A DNA stretch of 64,000 nucleotides from Bacteroidales bacterium (GTDB taxonomy: Bacteria > Bacteroidota > Bacteroidia > Bacteroidales > P3): assembly GCA_017428115.1 (NCBI GenBank), contig JAFRRK010000052.1, positions 884 through 64,883 on the forward strand. Reading direction: 5' to 3'. Under the pieces are notes generated by a model, which saw only the letters and a list, made by a program, of their open reading frames with translations, was not told the origin of the DNA and searched no databases. How positions within the stretch are numbered: the first letter of the stretch is position 1; every line of letters starts with the position of its first letter. Positions 55,660 to 64,000 of this stretch are shown in pieces. Both the position numbers and the translations under genes were made by a program.

Positions 55660-56736
55660 CTAGAATCTGAAGGATCCACCGAGTACGTGGGTACCACGCA
55701 GATTGTCGTTCTGATGGTAAGCATAGTCGATAGTGAGACTTGTCTTGCCGTCGCCCTTCTTCTTATTGAGTGGAACATTGACGGAAGCACCAGCACAAAG
55801 ACCCTTGCTGGCTGTAGTGCGAGCGTCGTCGTTGAAAATATCGGGTTCATAAACATAACCGCAACGCAGACGCAGAACATCAAATAGGCCATATTCCAAA
55901 CCAACAGCATAGTTATCTTTCAAGAATGCATTGGAAGTGAAGGCTAGGGCAAGGGTGAGGTACTGGTTGGCACTACCAAAAAGAAAATCATAGGAAAGAC
56001 CGATCTTCAAATTGGTGGGCAGCTCCATCTCGGCAGCGGGATATTCACCCGACATGCTGTTGCCAGCAGGGTTGAAGAAAGTAAAGGCGATACCATTACC
56101 ACCGTAATAGAATGCGGGGCCCCAGTTCTTGAGAGTGATACCGAACTTCAACTCATCGTTGGCACCAGTAACATACTGGATACCGGCATCAACAGCGAAA
56201 CCAGAACCCGAGATGTTGTCAGTAGACTCGTTTATGATCTTAATGTTGACACCACCATGAATAGAAGTAGTGAATGAGTGAGCATAGGCAACATTAAGGT
56301 TCATAACCGTGGGAGAGACAGTACCGTTGATAGGCTCGGGACTTTCAACAGTTGTGACATCGATTTGTCCAACATTCGAAGTCACAACGCTCAGACCCAG
56401 CACACCACGGTCGAACATACGAATGCCCAAGCCAAAGGCATTGACATTACCACCGCTGTTGAGGCCAGTATTACCACCATAAAGCATGGTAGTGGAATAG
56501 GTGGCTTCAATCTTATTGATGAAACTCAGACCGGCAATGTTGGAATAGAAGGCATCCAGGCCACGGACATTGGCAACATTGGCACCGCCCCAACCATTGC
56601 TGCTGGCCCAAGGGTTGATAAGCAGCTGGGTGGCACCGGCAGTACCTCTACGTTTGTCGTTGCCAGCCCAAGCAGACTCGACCGACAGCAGCATTATGAA
56701 GGCTACTACTGTGATTATTCTAAATATGTTTTTCAT
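55660..56736 (-). CDS. PorV/PorQ-family outer-membrane beta-barrel protein (T9SS shuttle-like)
   Basis: Signal peptide, then GTAGATQLLINPWASSNGWGGANVANVRGLDAFYSNIAGLS, which fits the PorV-family N-terminal pattern. It has a beta-barrel periodicity and a C-terminal F. Confidence 0.6.
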   Translation of the reverse strand: MKNIFRIITVVAFIMLLSVESAWAGNDKRRGTAGATQLLINPWASSNGWGGANVANVRGLDAFYSNIAGLSFINKIEATYSTTMLYGGNTGLNSGGNVNAFGLGIRMFDRGVLGLSVVTSNVGQIDVTTVESPEPINGTVSPTVMNLNVAYAHSFTTSIHGGVNIKIINESTDNISGSGFAVDAGIQYVTGANDELKFGITLKNWGPAFYYGGNGIAFTFFNPAGNSMSGEYPAAEMELPTNLKIGLSYDFLFGSANQYLTLALAFTSNAFLKDNYAVGLEYGLFDVLRLRCGYVYEPDIFNDDARTTASKGLCAGASVNVPLNKKKGDGKTSLTIDYAYHQNDNLRGTHVLGGSFRF

Positions 56737-56768
56737 TTCTGTCTTTTTTATTAGTTAACATACAATGC

Positions 56769-59700
56769 TTAGAAACCATAATTCTGGAGGTCGACTTTGC
56801 GCATAGTGCCAAACCATTTGACAACACGCTCTCCGATACCCGGAACCTTGAAGTGGATGAGATATACACCACCGGCAATGGGGATGCCATTGTGGTTGTG
56901 GAGATCCCAATCGAGAGTAGTGGCAGAGCCCGAGGTAGGACCAAGACGGCGAACAAGAGTACCGTCGAGGGTGTAAATGGAGACTGTTGTTCCAGTAGGA
57001 ACATTGATGAAACGAACCTTAGTCTCTAACTGGCTAGCAGTCTCATAGGCATCATAGCTATAATAGGGGTTAGGAACGACGCTGATGAGACTGAGAATAG
57101 AATCCTGATAGCTCTTACGGGCAGCATTGTTTGAGGCCTGACCAGTGAGTGTAGCGATATCAGGAGTTAACTCAAACATATACATAGGATAGTTGTTGTT
57201 CTGAGCCTCGGCACCATCAAACAAACGAACAGCAGAGCCATTAGGCGACAGATAGCGACCATAAGGCGAGTTGACATCAATATCAATAGTCACATCGCAA
57301 GGAATATCGATGGGGTTGTCGAAGTGATAGCGTGGGTTAACAAATGGTATATTTACCCAAGCAGCAGATGCAAAGAACAGAGAAGCAGAGTCACGCGAAG
57401 GAATCAGCGTAGTGCTCTCGCCTTCAAGTACACCATGATTGACACGCAAACGATCGGCATCAGTGGAGGGAACAAAATCCATAAGACGCTCAAGCGAACC
57501 AAGCATCTTAACAGCCCAACGACCTGCATCATAAGAAGGAGTCTTGTAAGAAGTGACAACAGAGTTGCGACCATTAACGATATCATAGAAAGTCTGGTCG
57601 GTAGCATTCATCACATAAATGTAATGACGACCGCCGATTACATAATTCTGCGTACCATCCATGAGCTCAGAAACACTATAAGGATTCCACATCATATCAG
57701 CTCCATTATACTGAATATAGCGTGAGTCTTCACCGAAGAGAACATTCAAACGTTCGCCAGTAACGGTATTGATAGCATAACCGGGGAACCAACCCATACC
57801 AGTAGCACTGATATAATCAGGGTTACCTGGATCATCAACATTAGATTCAACTCCGGCTTCGGCAGCAGTACGTCCGAGTTTGTCAACAGAAGCATGACGA
57901 CGAATCTGGAAACGACGAGCATTACCCTGAGACTGAGTATGGTCGTCACACATCTCTAGAACTGGGCAGCGGGTCCACTTAGAAGTGTCGCTAGTGAAAA
58001 CGATGCGGACACTAGGAAGTTTTGACATATCGTTGAAGTTCAACGATTTGTTACGATAGTTATCCATCATCTTACGAGTGATGGTCCACTTGTTGTAGTT
58101 GTTGGCAAACAATGTACTAATTCTTGCCAAGCTATCAAGGATATTGTCATTGGCAACATAATAACGATAGCTGAAACCAGGATGGAAGGGAAGAGTGGAA
58201 ACGACACCATAAGGTGCCCAGCCACCAGCAACACCCTCGAATGACTGATAACGGTCAACACCTATGTATGAAGGATTCTCACGAGGATCGAGTTGAATAC
58301 CTTTATAAAAGTCTTCATCAAGATAATTTTCAGAAAGGCTAATTTCTCCACGGGTGGCAAGGAAGTCATTACGCGAACCATCCGAGAACTGAGTTCCTGA
58401 ACGTACCCAGTTCCAAGTCATATAACTATCATCATCGGGCAGGAACGACAACCAAGGCTTGGTATTATCAGCATAGGTAATTGTTGACCTCAAGACAGCC
58501 TTGTCATTCACAAAACCTCCATAATAACGAGATACAAGGTTCTCGGACTGTTGAGTAGTAATTTGCAAAGGAGTAGCAACACCCTGTGGGTTACTCATAG
58601 CCACTGCAATGCCAAGGTCGAGGAATAGCTGTTCATTATAACGGCCCAACTTGAAATCGGAACGAGCGGTAAGCACATCGCCATAGAGATAAGGATTATC
58701 TGCATAAGTGGGGTCTTCAGGTGACTTAGAGATAGTCCAGCCACAATCATCAATATTATCATCGTTATCAAACTTGATAAGATATTTACCAGCCTTGACA
58801 TTCAAGGGATCAATAATCTCAACGTGGATAGGACCATAGTTCTCTTCATAACGAGGATTAAGAATCTGGCAAGGTTCGGGATTTGCCAACATTCCGGAAC
58901 CATCAGTTCTCAATTTACCAGCAGGTTTGCCAGGGACGCCATAAGGACCCATCAACTCTTCGATAGAAGCATCGGTGAGACGGAGTACAGAGCCACCATT
59001 ACCATAACCCTCAATACGGGTTATATTGGGGCACATGCCGAACTCAGCCTGTACAACAGTACCGCCATTTTCAACAGAGGGGTCATGAGGTATAGCAACG
59101 ATGGGGGTGATTGTTCTTCCGAACTCATCCTTACGACCTGCAAGATAGGGCTCTTTCTGACCATCAAGGAAAGCAGCCTCAGTCTGAGAATACTCCTTAA
59201 AACGGTTTTGAGCATAAGCGATGCAGATAAAGTAATATTCCTTGTTGTTCACCAGATTGATGTTACGACCAGTAGCAAAAGCATCAGTGGTGATACGGAA
59301 TATGTGTTGGATACCCTGGTTGGTACCTTCAACCATGATATTGGGTTGGAGAAGGCCAGTAGTGCTGTTCTGAGTGTAATTAACAAGGGTTCCAATAGGC
59401 AGCTGTGGATTCGACTCAGTCGAATCATAGAAATTACGAATATCGCATTGGGCAACAAGCTGAGCCTTGGTGATATCACGAATATCGGCAATAGACACAT
59501 TAGCATCCTTCAGCTGATAAATCTGATAACCTTCAAATTTATAGCTACGCTGGTCGTCAGAATAGAAATAAGTAGAATCACCAGAAGTATAAGAACGCAC
59601 GATAGCAGGGTCAACTTCAGAATAATGCTCACCATAGTTGTTGCTGCTGGGATTGTCATACTTGATATAAAGAATAATCTCATTGTTCATCTCCTGAACA

Positions 59701-61559
59701 ACCATTGAAGGAGCATCGGGACCATCAAGAACCTTGAAGCAGTTCTCAAATAGAGCCTGACACACATCGTCAATTTCACGAAGAAGGTCAACCGAAGATT
59801 CGGCCTTACCCGAAGCAGCCTGCGCAAAAGGAATACCGACGGTGACATAGTTAAGTGCACCAGGTTTCAAAGTGAAAGGACCAGCTGACTGCATGAAACG
59901 GCGGTCGGCAGGGCTGTTGCCTGCAGTGACCTCAGTCCAAGAATCTACTGCATTACCGTCAGTACCCCAGTACATAGGATCACTATCGCCAGGGAACATG
60001 AAGTCACAGTCGAAATCGGTGGTACCAGTGGTGACACCGTCTCCACCGTACTTCATGCGCTGACCGTTAGTCCAGAAACCACGCAAATAATTATAATAGT
60101 CAGTAGCTTTTCTAGGCTCACCGTTAATACCGGTAGTTGAGTTATTATAGTAAACGAAACGACGCATACCGAAACGTTCGTCATCAACAATGTTATTACC
60201 GAAGTTCACACCATTAATAGCACAGTTACCAATAACATCACCGGGAATAAAGTACCATGCCTGCGGATAATAGAGGTCAGCATCATCAGTAAGGGTAATC
60301 GTATCATAGGAGCCATCGGGCAGACGGTATCTTTCAAGCTGAGAGGGGAAATAAGAACGCATCTTACCAATGTCGATCTTGGGGTTATCCTTACCATCGG
60401 GATCCATATAGGGACCCTGGAAGAAGTCAATACCAACAGCAGGAGGAATACCGGAATAAGAACCCGAACCGGGACCATCTTCCTCGTCACCATTATAGCA
60501 GTAACCAAGACCACGCTTTACGTCGCAACCCACATAGTCATCATAAGCATAACCCAAATCAGGGTCAACCCACTGGCTGAAATAGGTCTCACGAAGCTCA
60601 TATGTAGAACGGTTGATAATCTCATAGGTGTAGAAAGTCATATTGTTGATTTCGTCATTGGTAGAGAAAGCAAAAGCCTGAGCACGGATCTCCATACCAA
60701 TAGGCTGACCTTGAGTTTCAGTATGGACATTACCCATATCGTTGAACACCCACCAAATAGTCTGGTCGCCTTTCAAAACTTGGTCGGAAAGAAGACCACC
60801 AGTAACGATACCAGCCTCAGTTTCAGCAGTAACAGAGACATGAGAAGTGTAATCTCTACCCCACTGAGCCTTTAAAGTACGAGGGCAAAGGTCGTTGTTG
60901 AAATCATAATAAGGATAGTCACCATCCTCCCAATTGTAGACACCATCATGATTGGCATCAAAGAAAGGAGCTAAATAAGGAGACTGATTCTCACCGCCCA
61001 TAGCAGGCCAATTCTTAATGACTGCAGGTATTGCCTCTGGAGCAAACGACTCGTTAGGGGTGGCACCATTCTCATCATAGTCAAACATAGACATAAAGTC
61101 CAAGACTTCTGACTTAGTAATAATGTAGTGTCTGTCGTATTGGTTACAGACTGGGAGATCGATAGAGGCGGTAGACAACTCTAGAGGACCGGGCCAATAG
61201 TCGTCACCATCCTGACCGAAACGCAATGCAGCAATACGGAGCTGGTCATTGACATCTGTACCACCAATCCATAGTGCAGCGCAATAGAGAGGACAAGTGT
61301 TGCTGTTCTTTGGCAGGTGGTACTGAGCCACACTACCATCGTACCACATGTTGCCATAGCCGTTAATCAACGCTCTAACATTGTTGACGTTAAGCTCGGC
61401 AGTACTTTGTGCTCTTTTGCATCGGGCGGCTTGTGCCTTAACGGCTGCCTGGCTGGAATGGATACGCTTACAGGTCTTGCAATCCTCAGCGTATGCCGTT
61501 CCCACCAACATAACACACAGGCAGGCCACCAATACTAATTTGCTAATTATATTCTTCAT
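56769..61559 (-). CDS. 1596-aa secreted protein with a T9SS C-terminal-sorting-domain-like end
   Basis: Signal peptide. The last ~80 aa (TVSIYTLDGTLVRRL...GGVYLIHFKVPGIGERVVKWF) resemble a type A T9SS CTD. The rest is not recognised, and it is not PorU-like by eye. Confidence 0.6.
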   Translation of the reverse strand: MKNIISKLVLVACLCVMLVGTAYAEDCKTCKRIHSSQAAVKAQAARCKRAQSTAELNVNNVRALINGYGNMWYDGSVAQYHLPKNSNTCPLYCAALWIGGTDVNDQLRIAALRFGQDGDDYWPGPLELSTASIDLPVCNQYDRHYIITKSEVLDFMSMFDYDENGATPNESFAPEAIPAVIKNWPAMGGENQSPYLAPFFDANHDGVYNWEDGDYPYYDFNNDLCPRTLKAQWGRDYTSHVSVTAETEAGIVTGGLLSDQVLKGDQTIWWVFNDMGNVHTETQGQPIGMEIRAQAFAFSTNDEINNMTFYTYEIINRSTYELRETYFSQWVDPDLGYAYDDYVGCDVKRGLGYCYNGDEEDGPGSGSYSGIPPAVGIDFFQGPYMDPDGKDNPKIDIGKMRSYFPSQLERYRLPDGSYDTITLTDDADLYYPQAWYFIPGDVIGNCAINGVNFGNNIVDDERFGMRRFVYYNNSTTGINGEPRKATDYYNYLRGFWTNGQRMKYGGDGVTTGTTDFDCDFMFPGDSDPMYWGTDGNAVDSWTEVTAGNSPADRRFMQSAGPFTLKPGALNYVTVGIPFAQAASGKAESSVDLLREIDDVCQALFENCFKVLDGPDAPSMVVQEMNNEIILYIKYDNPSSNNYGEHYSEVDPAIVRSYTSGDSTYFYSDDQRSYKFEGYQIYQLKDANVSIADIRDITKAQLVAQCDIRNFYDSTESNPQLPIGTLVNYTQNSTTGLLQPNIMVEGTNQGIQHIFRITTDAFATGRNINLVNNKEYYFICIAYAQNRFKEYSQTEAAFLDGQKEPYLAGRKDEFGRTITPIVAIPHDPSVENGGTVVQAEFGMCPNITRIEGYGNGGSVLRLTDASIEELMGPYGVPGKPAGKLRTDGSGMLANPEPCQILNPRYEENYGPIHVEIIDPLNVKAGKYLIKFDNDDNIDDCGWTISKSPEDPTYADNPYLYGDVLTARSDFKLGRYNEQLFLDLGIAVAMSNPQGVATPLQITTQQSENLVSRYYGGFVNDKAVLRSTITYADNTKPWLSFLPDDDSYMTWNWVRSGTQFSDGSRNDFLATRGEISLSENYLDEDFYKGIQLDPRENPSYIGVDRYQSFEGVAGGWAPYGVVSTLPFHPGFSYRYYVANDNILDSLARISTLFANNYNKWTITRKMMDNYRNKSLNFNDMSKLPSVRIVFTSDTSKWTRCPVLEMCDDHTQSQGNARRFQIRRHASVDKLGRTAAEAGVESNVDDPGNPDYISATGMGWFPGYAINTVTGERLNVLFGEDSRYIQYNGADMMWNPYSVSELMDGTQNYVIGGRHYIYVMNATDQTFYDIVNGRNSVVTSYKTPSYDAGRWAVKMLGSLERLMDFVPSTDADRLRVNHGVLEGESTTLIPSRDSASLFFASAAWVNIPFVNPRYHFDNPIDIPCDVTIDIDVNSPYGRYLSPNGSAVRLFDGAEAQNNNYPMYMFELTPDIATLTGQASNNAARKSYQDSILSLISVVPNPYYSYDAYETASQLETKVRFINVPTGTTVSIYTLDGTLVRRLGPTSGSATTLDWDLHNHNGIPIAGGVYLIHFKVPGIGERVVKWFGTMRKVDLQNYGF

Positions 61560-61583
61560 ATCATTAATATTTTTTCTCGTTTA

Positions 61584-64000
61584 TTAGAAAGAGTAGGCCA
61601 AAGTGACTTTAAATGTACGCGGAGAGCTATATCTCCAATAGTTGTTAACCAAAGAGATTGCATAAATGTCGCGATAAGAGACAGGATCCAGATTACTATT
61701 GATAACGGTCTGGGTCTCTGGGTCGGTGAGGTAACCATCATCTTCAGTACTACCCGTGACAGGGAAGACGCTGGTAGTATTGCGAATATTGAAGAGGTTG
61801 TTGATGGTCAAAGCAACAGTCAAATTGGTCGGGCGTTTGCCAACTTTGATGGGGAAGGATTTGTCGACAATCATATCGAAGAAGAAGCACCAAGGCAAGC
61901 GAGCACCATAATAGCTTCCCACGATAGTTCCCTGGGTATGGCTGAACTGTTTGGTGTAGGGACGTCCTGACTGGGCGACAGCGATGAAGTTGACACCAAA
62001 GTTCTCAAGCAGCTTGACAGTCTTGGTACGCTCTTCACCATTCTCATCCTTGGTCACACGCGTAATAGTGGGTCCATTGTACTTAGAACCACCCATAAGT
62101 CTGTAGTCAAAGTTGAGCTTAAACTCGTGGCGACGGTCATCATAGATAGGATTGAGCATCTTAAGAGTGGTGTAACCCTCCTTAATAAGCTCGGTCATAG
62201 TAGTGGTCGAAAGACCAGTACCCTCGGCATACTGAAGAGTATAGTTTGCAGCAATACGAATGTTCTTCGACTGACGCAGGTCATAACCCACCGTCAAACC
62301 CTTAATGGTTTTAAAATCGAGGTTGTCGTAAGAATAGTAATTCTGGTTGGGATCGGCACCTGCATACTGAACCAGCTGGATAAGGTCACGGGTTTCTTTA
62401 TAGTAGGCACTGATACTGATAGCCGAAGTCTTATTCAAGGCTTGTTGGAAGCCAAGCTCATAGTTAGTGATGCGCTCAGGCTTTAGGTTGGGGTTGTTGA
62501 AGTATGACTTCTGAGTCATATAGAGATAGCTCAGATAATCGGCACGCCAGTTGTTAGAAGGACGACGGGCGATGATGTCGTAGTTGGCCTTAAACTGAGA
62601 ATTTTCGCCAACAGGGAAGGAGAAAGCAATACGGGGCATCACTACCACCTGAGTCTTATAGTCCTCAAAAGCCTCTTCGCCAACCTCATTGTTAGTCAAA
62701 CGACTCTGACCACGAGTAGTACGGTAAGGCGTAGGCTTACCCGACTTACCAGCCAATGAATTGGGCGAGCTCAGCTCAACACCATTAACATCGTACCATA
62801 TCGATCCATTACGATAGCCATAGATAGTAGGCTCGTCTGCATCGGCAGCATCAACGTAGACCACCCAATCGTCACCAGCACCAGCGTAGATATCGCCAGA
62901 GTAAGGAGCCGAACCATCTCTCAAGTCACGAACAGTATGCGACTCATACAGCAGGTAGGGGTCTTTCAACACGGGCTGGTTGGCATCGAAGAAGTCAACA
63001 CGCACACCAACGTTAAAGATAAGGTCTTGGAAGTAGAACTGATCCTGAATATACCCAGCATAATAAGTGGGAGTGTAAGCAGGGATATAACGATATTTAG
63101 GATTCGAAGGATGATAGAAATCGCTCAAGCTCCAATTGCTGCTGTTATACTTGTGACCGGCATGATCATAACCATAATAGGAAACAATCTGGGAACCATT
63201 GTTGAACAGTTCGTCGGAGGAGAACATATCCAGACCACCGGCTTTCACATAAAGCTCAGGGTTGTACCTGTCAATATCAATCCACGATTGAGAACTGACA
63301 TTGGGATAGCCATGACCAATCAAATAGTCACGGAGAGCTCTATCGAAATAGGTTTGTCCGGCGGTATTAACCAAACGGTCGTAATCGACATACAAGGTAG
63401 TACCTTCCCAACGATAATGCGGGTTGGAGAGATCCATCTGGCTGATATGGGCGTTTGCATTCTGGCGCATGATAGTCCAAAGAGAAGTAGCACCCACACT
63501 ATAAGCAGACTGGTCAACACGGTCATACTGGAAGCCGAGCTCAATAGCATGGCCCTTAATTTCGGCACTTGCCTTAGCTGCCAGATAGATATAGTCGCTC
63601 TGAGAATAGCTGAAGGTTCCATCCTGGTAACCAACATTGTTCAACAGACCAAGAATGTCGGAGGGAGTATCGCCATTAGCAAGACCCTTGAAGTAACGAA
63701 GATTGTCGATATTAGTCAGAAGAGGAGCCACATCAGGTATGCTCAACAACTGCAGGTTATAATTAGCATAAATCTGATTGCCGGCATAAGGCTGGTATGT
63801 ACTCCAATCGATCACGTCGCGCCAGCTGTTCTGGACTTGCGCAGCGCGAGAAATACCGTTATAGTTGAAAGAGGAAACAGGCTCATACGAACGCTGCTGA
63901 TAAGTTTCAACAGTGCCGTTGAAGCCATACTTGAAAACATCATTCAGCGAGCCACCGTAAACCTCGTTGTAAGTGTGAGAACGAGCACGGTTATACATAG
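61584..64000 (-). CDS. TonB-dependent receptor-like outer-membrane beta-barrel (C-terminal ~800 aa; N-terminus lies outside the window)
   Basis: NPNLKPERITNYELGFQQ motif and a terminal ...TFKVTLAYSF. The frame is open to the window end. Confidence 0.75.
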   Translation of the reverse strand, partial: MYNRARSHTYNEVYGGSLNDVFKYGFNGTVETYQQRSYEPVSSFNYNGISRAAQVQNSWRDVIDWSTYQPYAGNQIYANYNLQLLSIPDVAPLLTNIDNLRYFKGLANGDTPSDILGLLNNVGYQDGTFSYSQSDYIYLAAKASAEIKGHAIELGFQYDRVDQSAYSVGATSLWTIMRQNANAHISQMDLSNPHYRWEGTTLYVDYDRLVNTAGQTYFDRALRDYLIGHGYPNVSSQSWIDIDRYNPELYVKAGGLDMFSSDELFNNGSQIVSYYGYDHAGHKYNSSNWSLSDFYHPSNPKYRYIPAYTPTYYAGYIQDQFYFQDLIFNVGVRVDFFDANQPVLKDPYLLYESHTVRDLRDGSAPYSGDIYAGAGDDWVVYVDAADADEPTIYGYRNGSIWYDVNGVELSSPNSLAGKSGKPTPYRTTRGQSRLTNNEVGEEAFEDYKTQVVVMPRIAFSFPVGENSQFKANYDIIARRPSNNWRADYLSYLYMTQKSYFNNPNLKPERITNYELGFQQALNKTSAISISAYYKETRDLIQLVQYAGADPNQNYYSYDNLDFKTIKGLTVGYDLRQSKNIRIAANYTLQYAEGTGLSTTTMTELIKEGYTTLKMLNPIYDDRRHEFKLNFDYRLMGGSKYNGPTITRVTKDENGEERTKTVKLLENFGVNFIAVAQSGRPYTKQFSHTQGTIVGSYYGARLPWCFFFDMIVDKSFPIKVGKRPTNLTVALTINNLFNIRNTTSVFPVTGSTEDDGYLTDPETQTVINSNLDPVSYRDIYAISLVNNYWRYSSPRTFKVTLAYSF

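Noticed and set aside
56769-61559. Calling the 1596-aa protein PorU because it precedes a PorV-like gene
   Set aside because: It is about 400 aa longer than PorU and shows no resemblance by eye to the PorU sequence I remember. I could not find a gingipain-type Cys/His context, so it is kept as an uncharacterised T9SS-type cargo.

Overview
This looks like a Bacteroidota (Bacteroidales-like) chromosomal window. Support: TAnnTTTG -7 promoter boxes, gld and T9SS genes, and ordinary housekeeping blocks (surE-lpxB, ftsY-rimO, rpmF-yceD, mutB, infC-rpmI-rplT-rplS-thrS, tRNA-Gly, pnp, rpsO, purM, greA). Two stretches that look AT-richer by eye (not computed) interrupt this backbone.

(1) About 2.8-11.3 kb: a minus-strand island with no integrase. 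It encodes a WYL regulator, a RhuM stub, an intact but orphan ParE-type topoisomerase IIA B subunit with a 119-aa partner, a SMUG-like UDG-fold protein with a mini P-loop partner and a decayed paralog, a PD-(D/E)xK nuclease, and a wHTH-AAA+ ATPase. A 23-bp inverted repeat occurs four times at the heads of three transcription units. In three of the four copies it sits exactly 7 nt upstream of a -7 box. This argues for one co-regulated DNA-targeting system, probably directed against phage or mobile elements, that I cannot match to any named system.

(2) About 45.2-50.4 kb: a single 1609-aa protein fusing a sacsin/MORC-type GHKL ATPase to a Upf1/DNA2-type SF1 helicase. It lies between rpsO and a Na/Pi transporter and appears to have replaced most of a host gene.

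Other observations:
- a diverged ~0.5-kb intergenic repeat family with tandem CCTTCG 11-mers, two copies of which are inverted around a 17-kb block
- two ~0.3-kb elements bounded by inverted repeats
- a TonB-dependent receptor, a 1596-aa T9SS cargo and a PorV-like protein in a row
- a GldF-GldG fusion
- an Arg/Gly/Asp repeat tail on PNPase

I saw no CRISPR array, rRNA, transposase or integrase. All domain calls come from motif recognition by eye, not database searches.
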